From NCBI GenBank assembly GCA_951406725.2, contig OX597815.1, positions 84,382,001 through 84,446,000 of the forward strand: 64,000 bases of DNA, given 5' to 3'. Under the pieces are notes generated by a model. The model was not told where the DNA came from, did no database searches, and worked only from the letters and a program-made list of their open reading frames with translations. This stretch comes from Octopus vulgaris (Eukaryota). The position numbers and the translations under genes were made by a program. Below, in pieces: positions 1-12,699 of this stretch (position 1 is the stretch's first letter; every line of letters begins with the position of its first letter).

Positions 1-939
1 AAATACTGTATCAAGGATAGGAGTATTGGTTAATTTATTTTCAGGTCAGTAATGCAGACCGTATAAATCATGTGAGGCAGTTGTATTTTATGTTGCATTA
101 AGACACATAAAATACTAAAATATATATCTGGGCTAATTTAAAACGTAATGTATCGTTAAAATGTTGCCCACGCCAGGTTGATAAAACCTTATTGAGAATA
201 AAATTCCCAAACTTATATACTGTATTACATGATATAAAACTGCATATGCCTTTGTCTCGATTGCACGTCATTGCTCATTCTTAATATCATTTTCGCTGCT
301 TCCTTCTACATGTATTGTCCTATAACCATCTTATTCAATACAATGCGCTTTACTACTCTTTTGAGCATATTTATTTATTTATTTCCTAAACATCTTGTCA
401 TTTCCCACTACAGTTTTTTTTATTTTCCTGTATAACTGTTGGTTCCGTTTGTTACAATAATTTATTTTAAATTATTAATATATATTCTTTTTCATATTGT
501 TTCATATATTAATCTATGACTGGACGTTCTGTTCCACTCAATTTAATGCAAAATTAGTCAATCCATTTAACTGCACGTCTATATTTACTCCTTTCTATTT
601 TTTTTTCTCGTTTTCCGTTTTTGTATCTTTCATAATCCTCGCCTTGAATTTTTTTCTATCTCATTCTTTTACATATCTTAGCTACTTTGATGTTTATCCC
701 GACATAAACATCCGATTTAACTAATAAAATAACCCTTTGTGTATACTATTGTGTTGAATACCACCCTCACTTAAATACCGTCCCCTTTTCTCGATACCCC
801 TTATCTCGCCTAAGCTGTTATATCTGGCATGTTAATCCATTTCCCTAGTAGTATACAGGACTATTTGTCCATTGATAAATTTACTCTATACCTTTTTATA
901 GGCATTTCAAAATCGGTTACGACACTGTATACCATGGAG

Positions 940-1111
940 GAGGGCCTAAGTGGATTACATTGACCAGTACTCCACTGCTACTTATTTTATCGACTTCGAC
1001 TAAATGAAGGCAAAGTCGACTTCGGCGAAATTTGAACTCAGAATGTAATGAACGACAGATGAAAGGCTCTCAAGCATTTTGGCCGGCGTACTAACGATTG
1101 TCAGCTCACTG
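940..1111 (-). mobile_element. Nin-domain-like SINE, degraded copy
   Basis: Reverse complement matches the family core gagttcaaatt.cgccga.gtcgactttgcc(t)ttcat seen at 9788, 17547, 35140 and 61190. Confidence 0.8.
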
Positions 1112-1132
1112 TAATCTTGGTCTCTAATATTG

Positions 1133-1345
1133 TTTTCTAATCTTGCCACAAGGCCACCACATTTGAGGAAAGAGATAATCGATTAAATCGATCCCAGTGC
1201 TCAACTAGTACTTATCGATCTTGAAAGGGTGAACGGCAAAGTTGACCACGGCGGAATTTGAGCGCAGAACGAAAAGACGGACGAAATGCTGTTAAGCATT
1301 TTGCTCGGCATGCTAACGATTCTACCAGCTTGCTGCCCTCTCCGC
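1133..1345 (-). mobile_element. Nin-domain-like SINE, near full length
   Basis: Reverse complement runs from ggcagcaagctggtagaatcgttagc through the core to ggccttgtggcaagattagaaaa, collinear with 61190-61400. Confidence 0.85.
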
Positions 1346-2126
1346 CTTTATTATCAAGATATGATAAGATTTATAATACTCCATTGTTAACAATTCATAA
1401 AGAATATTAATTGGGATGAAGGAAAAAAAATTCCAAACTTCATGCAAACTAACACCAATACAGTGATATATTGTCTGTTGGATGTCACTGGGCAAATGCA
1501 TATGAGTTTTTTTATTAAAAGAAAACAATCTATATATTTCACACTATAAATAAGAATAATAGTTTTAGCATGAAAGTGTGCAGGGACAATTTGTTTGGAA
1601 TTTGAAAGTATACAGAATACAATGATAATACATATGAATTTTCAAGCATGTGTCTTTGTGCTTGTGTGTGTGAGTGTGTAGTGAGTGCGAGCGTGTTTCT
1701 ACAAAAGTTAATGTAGCATTGCTTGAGGCCAATCAAAGATAACATTTGTCGTAAAAAGAAATTCTCAAGTACTACGTTTCATAGAATTGTAGTATTCACG
1801 AAACATTTATAATTTCCGTAAAACTTGGCGAATTGTAATAACTACAAAAGGAAATGTAGTATCGCAGTATTGTATTTTTGATATAAGGAGATTATTGTGA
1901 ATGCTTGTCCCATTATCTGTGTGTGTGTGCGTGTGTATGTGTGTGTGTGTGTGCGGGCTTGTATGTGTCCGCGTGTGTACATATACATATGCATATATTG
2001 ATGTGCATATGTGCATATGAACATCTAGAAATGGTTATGTATATATACTTATATGCAATTGATATGTATGTATGTATGTATGCATGTATGTATGTATGTA
2101 TGTACATGCATATATATATATATATT

Positions 2127-2158
<32 letters not shown>

Positions 2159-3760
2159 TGTATGTATGTATGTATGTATGTACGTTTTTATTATATAAAA
2201 TGATTCTATAAAATTAGAAATTTGTTTTGAATAGCTGTGAAATACATCAGAGGTAATACATTCTACATATTAAGTGTACAACTGAAAAATATTGTTGTTC
2301 GGAAGTTAAATCCAATGGCTCTAAATAGAAATGACTTTAACATTGAATACCCGTATTTCTTAGACACTCTCTCCACAATATTATTAGTACCATGATTGAA
2401 AAATGATTTTGATGACAAAAGCTTTACGGACTTCTTTGGTGATAAGGCCTGATTTTTAATTCAATGTAAATTTGACCAGAATTAAAACCGATGAAAATAT
2501 GCTCGCATACAAACTCGCAGGCAAGCTCGCGCGATCACATATGCGTGTGCACATGCATGCACGCGCACATACACACGTACATATGTGTATGTGTGCGTGT
2601 GTGTCTGCGTTATATACAGATATATATTATGCATATGTTTGTATACACGTGCGCGTGTTTGTGCACACACTCATGCGCACATACTCATAAAGGCGAACGT
2701 GCACACGCACGCACGCACAGGCACTCCCACGCACAATACCTTATTCATACAAACATTTCCATGCATATATACACAGTACACGTAAGCATCACACCAGCCA
2801 TGCCAGCCTACCCGCAAATCCACACTCCTTGTATATGCACAGCTACACGAGTGTACATATATACACGCGCGCAATACACGCATACACATGTACACACACA
2901 CACGCATGCATATGCACACACATACATACACACACATACATACACAAACATACATACACTAATATATATATACACCCCCACATCCACACAATAACTATAT
3001 ACACAAATATATATACATGCACACACATACGCATACACTCGTGCACGCACAGACGCACACATACATAATTACACCCACCCACACACTCACACACACACAT
3101 ATGCGCTTGCACATACGCACACAAGCTCATAATCTCACAAGCCCCAATGAATCCCTTCCCAGACTCACGGTCGCCAACTTTTTCTTGTCCATCCAATGCA
3201 ACCGCTGTCACTTATTTAGGAATACTACTAACGCTGACATTACAGGACCTTCCTTCACCAATTTCAACCCATCCACTGGTAGCCACCTTGGACTTCTTTT
3301 CGGTACCCAAGCAAGCAACACAGAACCTCGTAACCTCCAAGAAACTATTTTGATGAAGGCATACAATCCTTTGTTTTTCATCACAGGACACCAGTCGTCT
3401 CTCACAAGCCGCCATGTCGACTGTTGAATGTTCCAATAATGTAAGATCATAAGAAGTAACTGTTAACCCATTAACAGTCTTCTAAACAACAAATGCCTCG
3501 ATTAGTAGTTCATTTTCTCTAAGTGAGGCTTAACTTTTGGCCACTGCAATTTGGAAGATTGCTTGTTATTTCCTCATAACTTACGAAATATCTATTTCAT
3601 TCACTTGAAATCTTCACAATAGATATCAGATGTATATAAATATGGGTAAAATATCTAGTCTCGACGTTTTGTTAATCTCCTATAATAACTATTTTAAATA
3701 CCTTAAATATCTAGGGGGTCTCTCCCAATCACTTGACCTTGTAGCGATGATCCAGTATTT

Positions 3761-4163
3761 TGTGAAACTTGGAGCGAGTATGAGGCTTGTTATGGTGTTT
3801 TGCGTCACGCTTACAAACTTCTACCAACTAAGCTACATTATTGGAGCACATTCAACTCCCTTTGGATGATATCAGAGCGATATAAAAGTTGGATCTTCCT
3901 GAGAATGTTCTTAGGGTTCATGAGTTTGCGCAGAATAGGTTTTATAGAATTTTTTATTCATGAGATTATGGTTAATTTGCAATTATTGTTGGTCACGCAG
4001 ATCCATCAAGTTCTTTTCCGTGTTGGAATTAGTTATATTCACTGAACAATACAATTGGAAGGTATAGCTGATAATCAACAATAACGTCAAAATTGTGTAC
4101 GTAAGGGTACGTAATATATATATATATATATAAATTCTTTTGTTGTTTTATTTGTTAAATTGT

Positions 4164-4213
<50 letters not shown>

Positions 4214-4466
4214 CAATTTAACAAATAAAACAACAAAAGAATTTTATTTAATTCATTTTGCAGGAAGGACTCCTTCGGCCGGATCGTGTTCTGCCCTTAC
4301 CTTCGAAACACGCACTGTGTCGAACCAGGGGCAGCTGATAAAGGAGAATAATCCTTGTATTGTTTGTCTTGTACTCTGTTTTTTCGTTGTTAAAAAGTCC
4401 GTTTCCTTGTTTGATTTTATGTTTTCGTTTCTCGTTGTGTTCTACGTTTATTTGTGGTGTCCTGTA

Positions 4467-4536
<70 letters not shown>

Positions 4537-4791
4537 TACAGGACACCACAAATAAACGTAGAACACAACGAGAAACGAAAACATAAAATCAAACAAGGAA
4601 ACGGACTTTTTTAACAACGAAAAAACAGAGTACAAGACAAACAATACAAGGATTATTCTCCTTTATCAGCTGCCCCTGGTTCGACACAGTGCGTGTTTCG
4701 AAGGTAAGGGCAGAACACGATCCGGCCGAAGGAGTCCTTCCTGCAAAATGAATTAAATAAAATTCTTTTGTTGTTTTATTTGTTAAATTGT

Positions 4792-4829
<38 letters not shown>

Positions 4830-5230
4830 ACAATTTAACAAATAAAACAACAAAAGAATTTATATATATATATATATTACGTACCCTTACGTACACAATT
4901 TTGACGTTATTGTTGATTATCAGCTATACCTTCCAATTGTATTGTTCAGTGAATATAACTAATTCCAACACGGAAAAGAACTTGATGGATCTGCGTGACC
5001 AACAATAATTGCAAATTAACCATAATCTCATGAATAAAAAATTCTATAAAACCTATTCTGCGCAAACTCATGAACACTAAGAACATTCTCAGGAAGATCC
5101 AACTTTTATATCGCTCTGATATCATCCAAAGGGAGTTGAATGTGCTCCAATAATGTAGCTTAGTTGGTAGAAGTTTGTAAGCGTGACGCAAAACACCATA
5201 ACAAGCCTCATACTCGCTCCAAGTTTCACA
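3761..5230. repeat. About 1.47 kb near-perfect palindrome centred on (TA)n
   Basis: 3761-4470 is the reverse complement of 4533-5230; visible differences are one substitution (3915 vs 5076), one change at a TA edge and TA tract lengths; ORFs 3800+ and 4946- give the same peptide. Confidence 0.97.
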
Positions 5231-6384
5231 TATATATATGCATGTATATATACATATAGATGTAGGTATGTACATATATGTATGTATGTATGCATATGTT
5301 TTATTTGTTTTATTTGTTAAATTGTCATTATATAATTGAACGCCTCGCGTCACTTTCTTATTTCTCCAAGTTTTTATTATATATATATATATATATGTCT
5401 CTACATATATTTCAATTTGCGCTAAATTTGAGTTTGTATCGGAAGCAAGTGGAAAACACGAATAATGCGCAGCCGCAGAGATGAAAGGAAGTAAAGTCAG
5501 AGAAAAAGACAATGTGTATTTCATGTAGACATTCGTAACATTTTTCTACACGCACATACACACGTACATATACATGTGCGCTTGAAGAAAAGTGTCACAC
5601 GTAAAAATACATATACTGCTGCAAAAGTGTGTCAATGCGAAGTAATAAGAATTATCCGCTCTTTCCTTTAAGCTTACATTTTTCTAACAGTCTTCGTTAT
5701 TGTCACCTCCCTTCTTCTCTTCCATCGCATTAAGACTAAGTGACAGTGGATGACAGAAAAGGAGAAACAATGCCAAAACGTCACTACAAATTTAGAGATT
5801 GTGAGGTTGTCCTGGAGGAATGGTGTCATTACTTAATACAATTTAGCTTTCTTATTTTTCATTCTAACAATAAAGACATGTATCTTTTAGCATTGTGCAT
5901 GCGTGTATGTGTATGTGTATGTGCATGCGTGCGTGCGTGTGTGTGTGTGTGTGTCTGTCTGTCTGTATGTGTATATATGTGTGGGGGGTATGTACGTCCG
6001 TGAGTATGTGTGTGTCTGTGTGTGTGTGTGTCTGTCTGTCTGTGTATTGGTAAACTACTAAAATTTCGCGATTTTCAATCCGTTGTTCAGTTTCATTATA
6101 GAACAGATAAAAGTCCATTATTTCGTTATTTATTTACAATTTCGAAAGATTATATTACAACAATTATTTAAAAAGTGTTCCGTTCCTAATATGTCTTACC
6201 ACATAAATTCGTGTAAAGCGATTGGCGCAAAGAAGTGAAATTTTAACGGTTTTGTGAAAGGGATAGCATCTACATAGATATATACATATATGCATACATA
6301 CATACATACGGAAAGACAGACAGACAGTCAGACAAAGACACACGCACGCAAACACACATATGTATATAGCCGATTTCTAGTTGT

Positions 6385-6980
6385 GCTGGGAACCTGTGGT
6401 AGAGATAGATCCAAGAAGACATGGAACGGGGTGGTGAAGCATGATCTTCGAATTTTGAGCCTCACAGAGGCAATGACTAGTCTAAGTCCTTTAGCGATGT
6501 GCTGTGCTTGAGAGGACCCGTCAGACCAAGTGAATTCGTGTTAGTAGTATGTAAAAAAAAAGACACATTTCGAACGTTGGACCTCACGGGGGCAAAGTGG
6601 ATGAGTTCTTTTCGAGTGCTGGGCCTCACACAGGCAAAATGGCTGTGTTCCCTTCGAGTGGCGAGCCTCACAGAGGCAATGACCAAGATCTTTGGCATCA
6701 TGTCGTGCTTGAGAAGACCAATCAAGCCGAGCAAAATCGCAGTCGTGGCAGATACCTGTGTCACGCAAACTGATACCCGTGCCGGTGGCACGTAAAAGCA
6801 CCCATTACACTCTTGGAGTGCTTGGCGTTAGGAAGGGCATCCAGCCGTAGAAAACCATGCCAAATCAGACTGGAGTCTGGTGCAGCCTTTCAGCGTACCA
6901 GCCTGGCCAAACCATCCAACCCATGCCAGCATGGACAACGGACGTTAAAGGATGATGATGATGATGTTGATAATAATGAT
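6385..6980 (+). mobile_element. RTE-clade LINE 3' end with internal short duplications
   Basis: TCGRDRSKKTWNGVVKHDLRILSLTEAMTS resembles the RTE C-terminal GRPRKTW...DL motif; ggcgttaggaagggcatccagccgtagaaa and a (GAT)n tail follow; cctcacagaggcaa recurs about 4 times. Confidence 0.7.
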
Positions 6981-7420
6981 GAAATGTATATATATCTTTA
7001 AAAATGGCGTAATTTGAAGGAATTGTAAGTGACATGAAAAATTCTGTTTTGTTGAGCTTCAGCGTGTTAAATCTTGATTCAAACTTTTGCGCATGAATTA
7101 TTTAATTGAAGGCAATAATGTAAATAAAATGCTTAAAATGTAGCTTAAATAGGGAAAGGAAAGAGCCAATAGCATCAGCAGCAATTATTTCAGTAATAAA
7201 ACCCAAAGCAGGTAAAAAAAAAAAAAATTGAATGGGGAAATTCAATACAACGTAGACGCCAGTACCTTATAATTTATGAACTATTTGTTTCGTTGTGTTC
7301 AGTAAAAAATAGTTTTCAGAATTTATCGCTACATTAAATGAGAAATCTTCAATGAAATATTGACAGCCTTAATTTAAAACAAAAATTATTTAATAATAAA
7401 CACTGATTTATATATCATAT

Positions 7421-7460
<40 letters not shown>

Positions 7461-8025
7461 CACACACACTTACACACTCACACACACATATAAATACATA
7501 CATATATATATATAACCATAACAAAAGATGTAACACCTTATTGAATACTAATTGGACCAGTGAAAGTCATATATAATCATGAACTTAAGAATTTTTATAT
7601 CACTAACTGATACAAAACACATTTCTCAATACTAAAATGCTATGTTATGTTATAAGCCCTACTTATATTTGGAAGTTGCAATCTATTTTAATTAATTTGA
7701 CATAAACAAGTGTAATTCCTTTGTGAAAATTCCAGTTGATATCATGTTGTCTTTAACTTCTCTTTAATTTTATTGGTTCATTAATCTCAATCAGATCTTC
7801 TTTTGAAACAGCAAAGATATTCAACGAGTATTTCGGAAAATTAAATAAACATTATATATTTTGTGCGTTGACAGAAAAACTATATATATATATATGTGTG
7901 TGTGTGTGTGATATATATATATATATACGCTATATATATATATGTAATATATATATGTAAATATGCATTTATATATATACACTTATATATATATATATAT
8001 ATATATTTATATACGTACTTATGTA

Positions 8026-8103
<78 letters not shown>

Positions 8104-8105
<2 letters not shown>

Positions 8106-8504
8106 AGGAAAACGCCCCCCGTCCAATGGACGGTGCTGAGTTGTCAAACATTTAAACCAAATTTTCTCAAAACAACTTGTCCCAACACTTATTTAACCTA
8201 AATTTGAGACACCAGCAAAATAAGAAATGAAGATAGACTTTTTTCTATTCCAAAGGAAAACGATTTTATTCGCACAACGCGTAGTATCGATCGCAACAAC
8301 TGATGTACTTGCGCGTACAAATGCACGTTCCCACGGTTTTATCGATCGCATTCTCACCTGCAATCGATTTTTGTAAATTTTTCAAGACTTATACACGCCC
8401 TGATACCGTCAGTATCTACATATCAAATTTGAGCGCAATCGAATGGAGGATGCCCGAGATCCTAGAAGACACACACACAGATAGACAGAACGGATTTTAC
8501 ATGA
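8104..8504 (-). mobile_element. Non-autonomous Helitron-like element
   Basis: Minus strand starts A|TC, has hairpin CCGTCC-att-GGACGG (8119-8133) and ends CTTG|T; flanked by (TA)n. Confidence 0.55.
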
Positions 8505-8779
8505 TATATATATTTATACATATATATATATATATATTCACCCTCTCTTGTGCATATATATGTACTCTTGATGTACTCCCATGCTTGAAGTACATCACAA
8601 AGAATCATAGAAGTGAACTTTTTACTGAGAATATTCTATGCATATAAACTATGTAGATGTATACGTAGATTAGAAAATTGCATAATAATAAATTATCATA
8701 TATAGTGTTTTTCATACATATATTACATATTTGTAATAAAGATGGCACTAGTCTGTAATAAAAAATCATTATGTTTCTA

Positions 8780-9600
8780 ATAAAAATGAAGGTCTCACTT
8801 AAAATGTGTAATGGATATCTAACAAAAGACTTCATTTTTTTAGTTTCGCGTCTACTGAGAGAAATTAGAGCCAGTCGTATGGGTTATGTAATGTAAAATA
8901 CAAATGAATGAATGGTTTTATTAACTTTTAGATTTCGTTTTGAGTGGGTGCCGTTAATCTCTCGAGCAGAATGTTGTTGAAAGAGTGCAGAGTAGATTCG
9001 GTGGTTACTCCTCTCACATAATCAGCTATCAAGTTATCAAGACCTAACTGAATGGAAAAGCAATTCGCCGAAATATCTATTTCAATTTCCTCAGAATACA
9101 ATGCATATGTTAATTTAGTTTCTGCTGATTCAAAGCCTTGTATATTGGGATCAAATGTAAAAATCAATGACTATACATTTAAACGCTATTTTTCTACCAC
9201 ATAGAAATTAGTTAATAAACATGTTGAAATAGGAACATATATATGTAAAGCGTACTTGTATTTTAATGTCAGATTTAAAACTGTTATATTTCCCAGTGCG
9301 AAACACACTATGTACCTACAAATCTCTCTAAGTAGAAAATTCCAACTTTGCATTATTGTGTACCTCACAAGAATAGTTATATACTCGAGGTGATGAGTTA
9401 ACAAAAATGATATATAGTAATTTATTGTGATTATTTCACTTATTTTCCAATAGCATCGCTTCAAGTTATTTGAATCATAAAGTTGTGCGCATTATTAATG
9501 CGACAGAAGTCATTTGGATGTTAGACAAGAGTAAAAGAAGTTTCTGTTAAAAATTTCACTTTCTCCGTTGATAGCAGAAGTATTGAACGACGATTTGTAC
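8780..9600 (-). pseudogene. Heavily decayed hAT (Charlie/SPIN-like) transposase
   Basis: Minus strand gives FGELLFHS-VR (cf. YGDLLYHTEVRWLS), preceded by ALNQ (cf. LNHR) and followed by LLERL...EI, in the expected order across frameshifts. Confidence 0.45.
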
Positions 9601-9787
9601 TGAGGTGAAATCCAAATATTACACCTATACAAAGTATTGAATATTGTTAGGTAAAATGGAATAACTTTTTTTTTATTTAAAAGAGAAATTGTGCGAGTGA
9701 CTAAATCATTCTCTCTTTCTCTCTTTCTCCCCCTCTTTCTCTTCTTCTTTCTCTCGCTCTCACTCTTTCTCTCACTTTATCATCACA

Positions 9788-10197
9788 GGCAGAAACGTTA
9801 GCACACCGGATGAAATGCTTAGCAGTATTTCGTCTGTCGCTACGTTCTGAGTTCAAATTACGCCGAGGTCCACCGAGGTCGAATTTCCCTTTCATTCTTT
9901 CGGGGTCGATTAAATAAGTACCAGGTACACACTGGTGTCGATATAATCGACTTAACCCGTTTCTCTGTCCTTGTTTGTCCCCTCTGTGTTTAGCCCCTTG
10001 TGGGTAGTAAAGAAATAGGTATTTCGTCTGTCTTTACGTCCTTCCTGAGTTTAAATTCCACCGAGGTCGACTTTGCCTTTCATCCATTCGGGGTCGATAA
10101 ATTGAGTACCAGTTGCGTACTGGGGTCGATGTAATCAACTGGCCCACTCCCAAGAAATTTCGAGCCTTGTGCCTAGAGCAGAAAATAATTATACGGG
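9788..10197 (+). mobile_element. Dimeric Nin-domain-like SINE
   Basis: Two successive core copies (9830-9955 and 10019-10190) joined by a tgtccttgtttgtcccc...gtaaagaaata linker. Confidence 0.85.
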
Positions 10198-10289
10198 CAG
10201 CAAAAGTCACTAATAAATGCATGGTACGTGCCGATACAATGTCATTCTATAAAGTGAATGACGGCCGTATACTAACATAGTCTTCTAAC

Positions 10290-10521
10290 TTTCACTTGTT
10301 TCATCATTGGTGTATCGCCATGCTGGTGCACCGTCTTGACAAGTTCAGTCGGGTAATTCAATCCCCAGTGCTTTTCATTTGCCTGGTATTTTTTTATCGG
10401 TTTCTTTTCTAAATCCCGAAGTTGCAGGGACGTAAACAATCCAACACCGATTGTCAAGCGACGCTGGGAGACAAAAGCAAACTATACAAACGTACATACT
10501 CACAAACACGCATATGTGTGC

Positions 10522-10557
<36 letters not shown>

Positions 10558-10670
10558 GATGGGCTTCTTTCAGTTTCCGTCAACCGAAACTGCAGACCAT
10601 GCTTTTGGACGACCTAAGGCTGTAGTAGAATACATTTGCCCAAGGTATCTTGCAGTGGGTCTGAACCTGC
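10290..10670 (-). mobile_element. CORE-like tRNA-derived SINE with internal (TA)n
   Basis: Collinear with 23565-23982; contains ccttgggcaaatg, ggaaactgaaagaagccc and the cagcatggc...tgaaacaag tail on the minus strand. Confidence 0.8.
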
Positions 10671-11295
10671 CTCTAGGTGCACTGAGGGAGGGACGATGCG
10701 ATCGATTTACCCCACCAAATATTCTGACATTGTGCCAACATTTGAAATCATTATTTCTTCATTCCCTTTGTGTCTCAGATTTAATCCTGCTATTGTTGGT
10801 TTAGCGCCTTTCAACAATCTGGTTTTTATAGAAATATGCGGTAGTCTTTGGTCAATTTTTTTGCTAGCGATGATTCTATTTATCCTCAGACCCCAGCAAA
10901 TACAGTCCTGTAACCTCCCCTTCTCTTTATATCTAATGCTACATTGTTACTTCTGCATTGACCTTTCTAAGGCGGTTTAATATGATTTGAGAGAGAATTG
11001 GTTACTATATCTGGTTGCTCGTACGAGCATCTTGCAACATCCTTATGAATTTCAGTTTCTTTTTTGCCGTTCTTTTTGCGGATACAAATGTAATTTTTAA
11101 CACTAATCATTATTTTCGAGACGCGTATTTTGGTTTTACTTTGGTTTTTGCTGATGTTTCTACTGACGTCAGCCTTTCTCTGTTATCTGCATTGCTTTTT
11201 ACTTGTACTACTTTTATTTCATGGTATTGTTATTTCTTTCATGCTATTGTTATCTATATCATTATTTTAATTTTTATTTTCTTTCTTTCTTTCTT

Positions 11296-11368
11296 TCTTC
11301 TTCTTCTTCTTCTTCTTCTTCTTCTTCTTCTTCTTCTTCTTCTTCTTCTTCTTCTTCTTCTTCTTCTT
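11296..11368. repeat. (TTC)n microsatellite
   Basis: About 24 pure TTC units. Confidence 0.98.
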
Positions 11369-11819
11369 GCAGATGTGACTGTTGACGTCATTGTCTTTCA
11401 TCTTTACGTCATTGATTTATATCTCTGATTTGCTTTTTAACTATTTTCTCAGTATTGCTGCATTAGAAGATTTCCTTATTGTCGCCATTGTGTTGTTCTT
11501 GATAATGATGATGACGATAACGATGATGATGATGATGGTCTTGGCGGTGGTGATGGAGGATCAGCAAAAGATTAGTGACGTTGTTGTACCTGACGTCCTT
11601 AGCTGCAAGACAACCTTTAATGAGCAGGCCCGTGATTAAAGCCATCTCAGTCAGGACTACCCCACTTTATTTTAAGATCTGGTGTCTCTAGAGCAACCTA
11701 ATTTAATACACCCTGTATTTATTTAACACAATAATATGTGATTTAACACAATAATATGTGATTTAAGCAAGATTTGACTGTTGCTTTGCAAACTAAGCGA
11801 CCACGTACAGACTCATTTG

Positions 11820-11894
11820 CTTATCACCATCATTATCATTCTCATCACCATCATCATTGTCAACAACATCATCATCATCATATTCATCATCATC

Positions 11895-11928
<34 letters not shown>

Positions 11929-12030
11929 TCATCTACATCATCAACACCACACTACCACCATCATCATCATCTTCATCATCAACTTCATCATCATTATCAT
12001 CATCATCATCTTCTTCATCATCATCATCTT
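11820..12030. repeat. (CAT/CAC)n imperfect trinucleotide tract
   Basis: Direct reading; source of the poly-His, poly-Ile and poly-Ser ORFs. Confidence 0.95.
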
Positions 12031-12224
12031 GGTCATAATGGCGTGGGGATTTGCAGAGTTCCTTGCGAGTTAGTTGAAAGGATTTGTGCAAATTTGTTGC
12101 ATAAATTTACACTATGAGTTCAAATCCTGTCACGGTCGACTTTCTCTTCATCGTTTTGATGCTAGTAAAACAAGATCATATTAGTTGCACTCTCAACTCA
12201 GCTCGGTCTTGATATGATATTTTA

Positions 12225-12552
12225 TGTGTTTCAGTCATTAGACCGCGGCCATGTTGGGACAACAACTTGATGTTTTTTTTTAGCCTCGTACTTATTCATT
12301 AGGTCTCCTTTGCCGAACAGCTAGGTTACAGGGACGTAAACACACCAACACCATTTGTGACGTGGCTGAGTGAGCGAACAAACAGAATGACACAACACAG
12401 ACATTTATTGTCCTCTTTCAGTTTTCGTCAACCAAATCCACTCACAAATCTATAGTAGAAAACACTTTCTCAAGATACTTCGCAGTGGGACTGAACCTGG
12501 AACCATGTGGTTGGGAAGGAAACTTCTTACCACACAACCACGTCTGTCCCTG
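12225..12552 (-). mobile_element. CORE-like tRNA-derived SINE
   Basis: Collinear with 23565-23982 (cgcagtgggactgaacc.ggaaccatgtgg; tttcagtcatt.gac.gcggccatg). Confidence 0.8.
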
Positions 12553-12699
12553 ATAAAACTATACTGAAACGCGTTTCATCCACACGCACAGGTTTATAGG
12601 GTCATCTAGGACTCATAGTCATTCAATGTTTCCTTTCTGTCTTCTTTGATTTCACGGAGTTTGCTATATCACATTCGTTACTCGATTACTCCCTTCAGT

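Noticed and set aside
1807-3130. Many overlapping ORFs rich in Y, I, H, T, C, V and M (also near 21250, 25000, 37000, 48000, 53500)
   Set aside because: Translations of degenerate (CA)n, (TA)n and (TACA)n microsatellites; no coding signal
3017-3427. 136-aa ORF ending ...RNLQETILMKAYNP, faintly like a GIY-YIG C-terminus
   Set aside because: No upstream GIY/YIG or RT motif and no hammerhead found; too weak to call
11774-12117. Poly-His/poly-Ser ORFs suggesting a low-complexity protein exon
   Set aside because: All frames stay open only because of the (CAT)n tract; no splice or domain evidence
12550-12580. CTGATAA...GAAACGCGTT hammerhead-like string
   Set aside because: C3-A8 mismatch, no stem I or II, and it overlaps a SINE boundary
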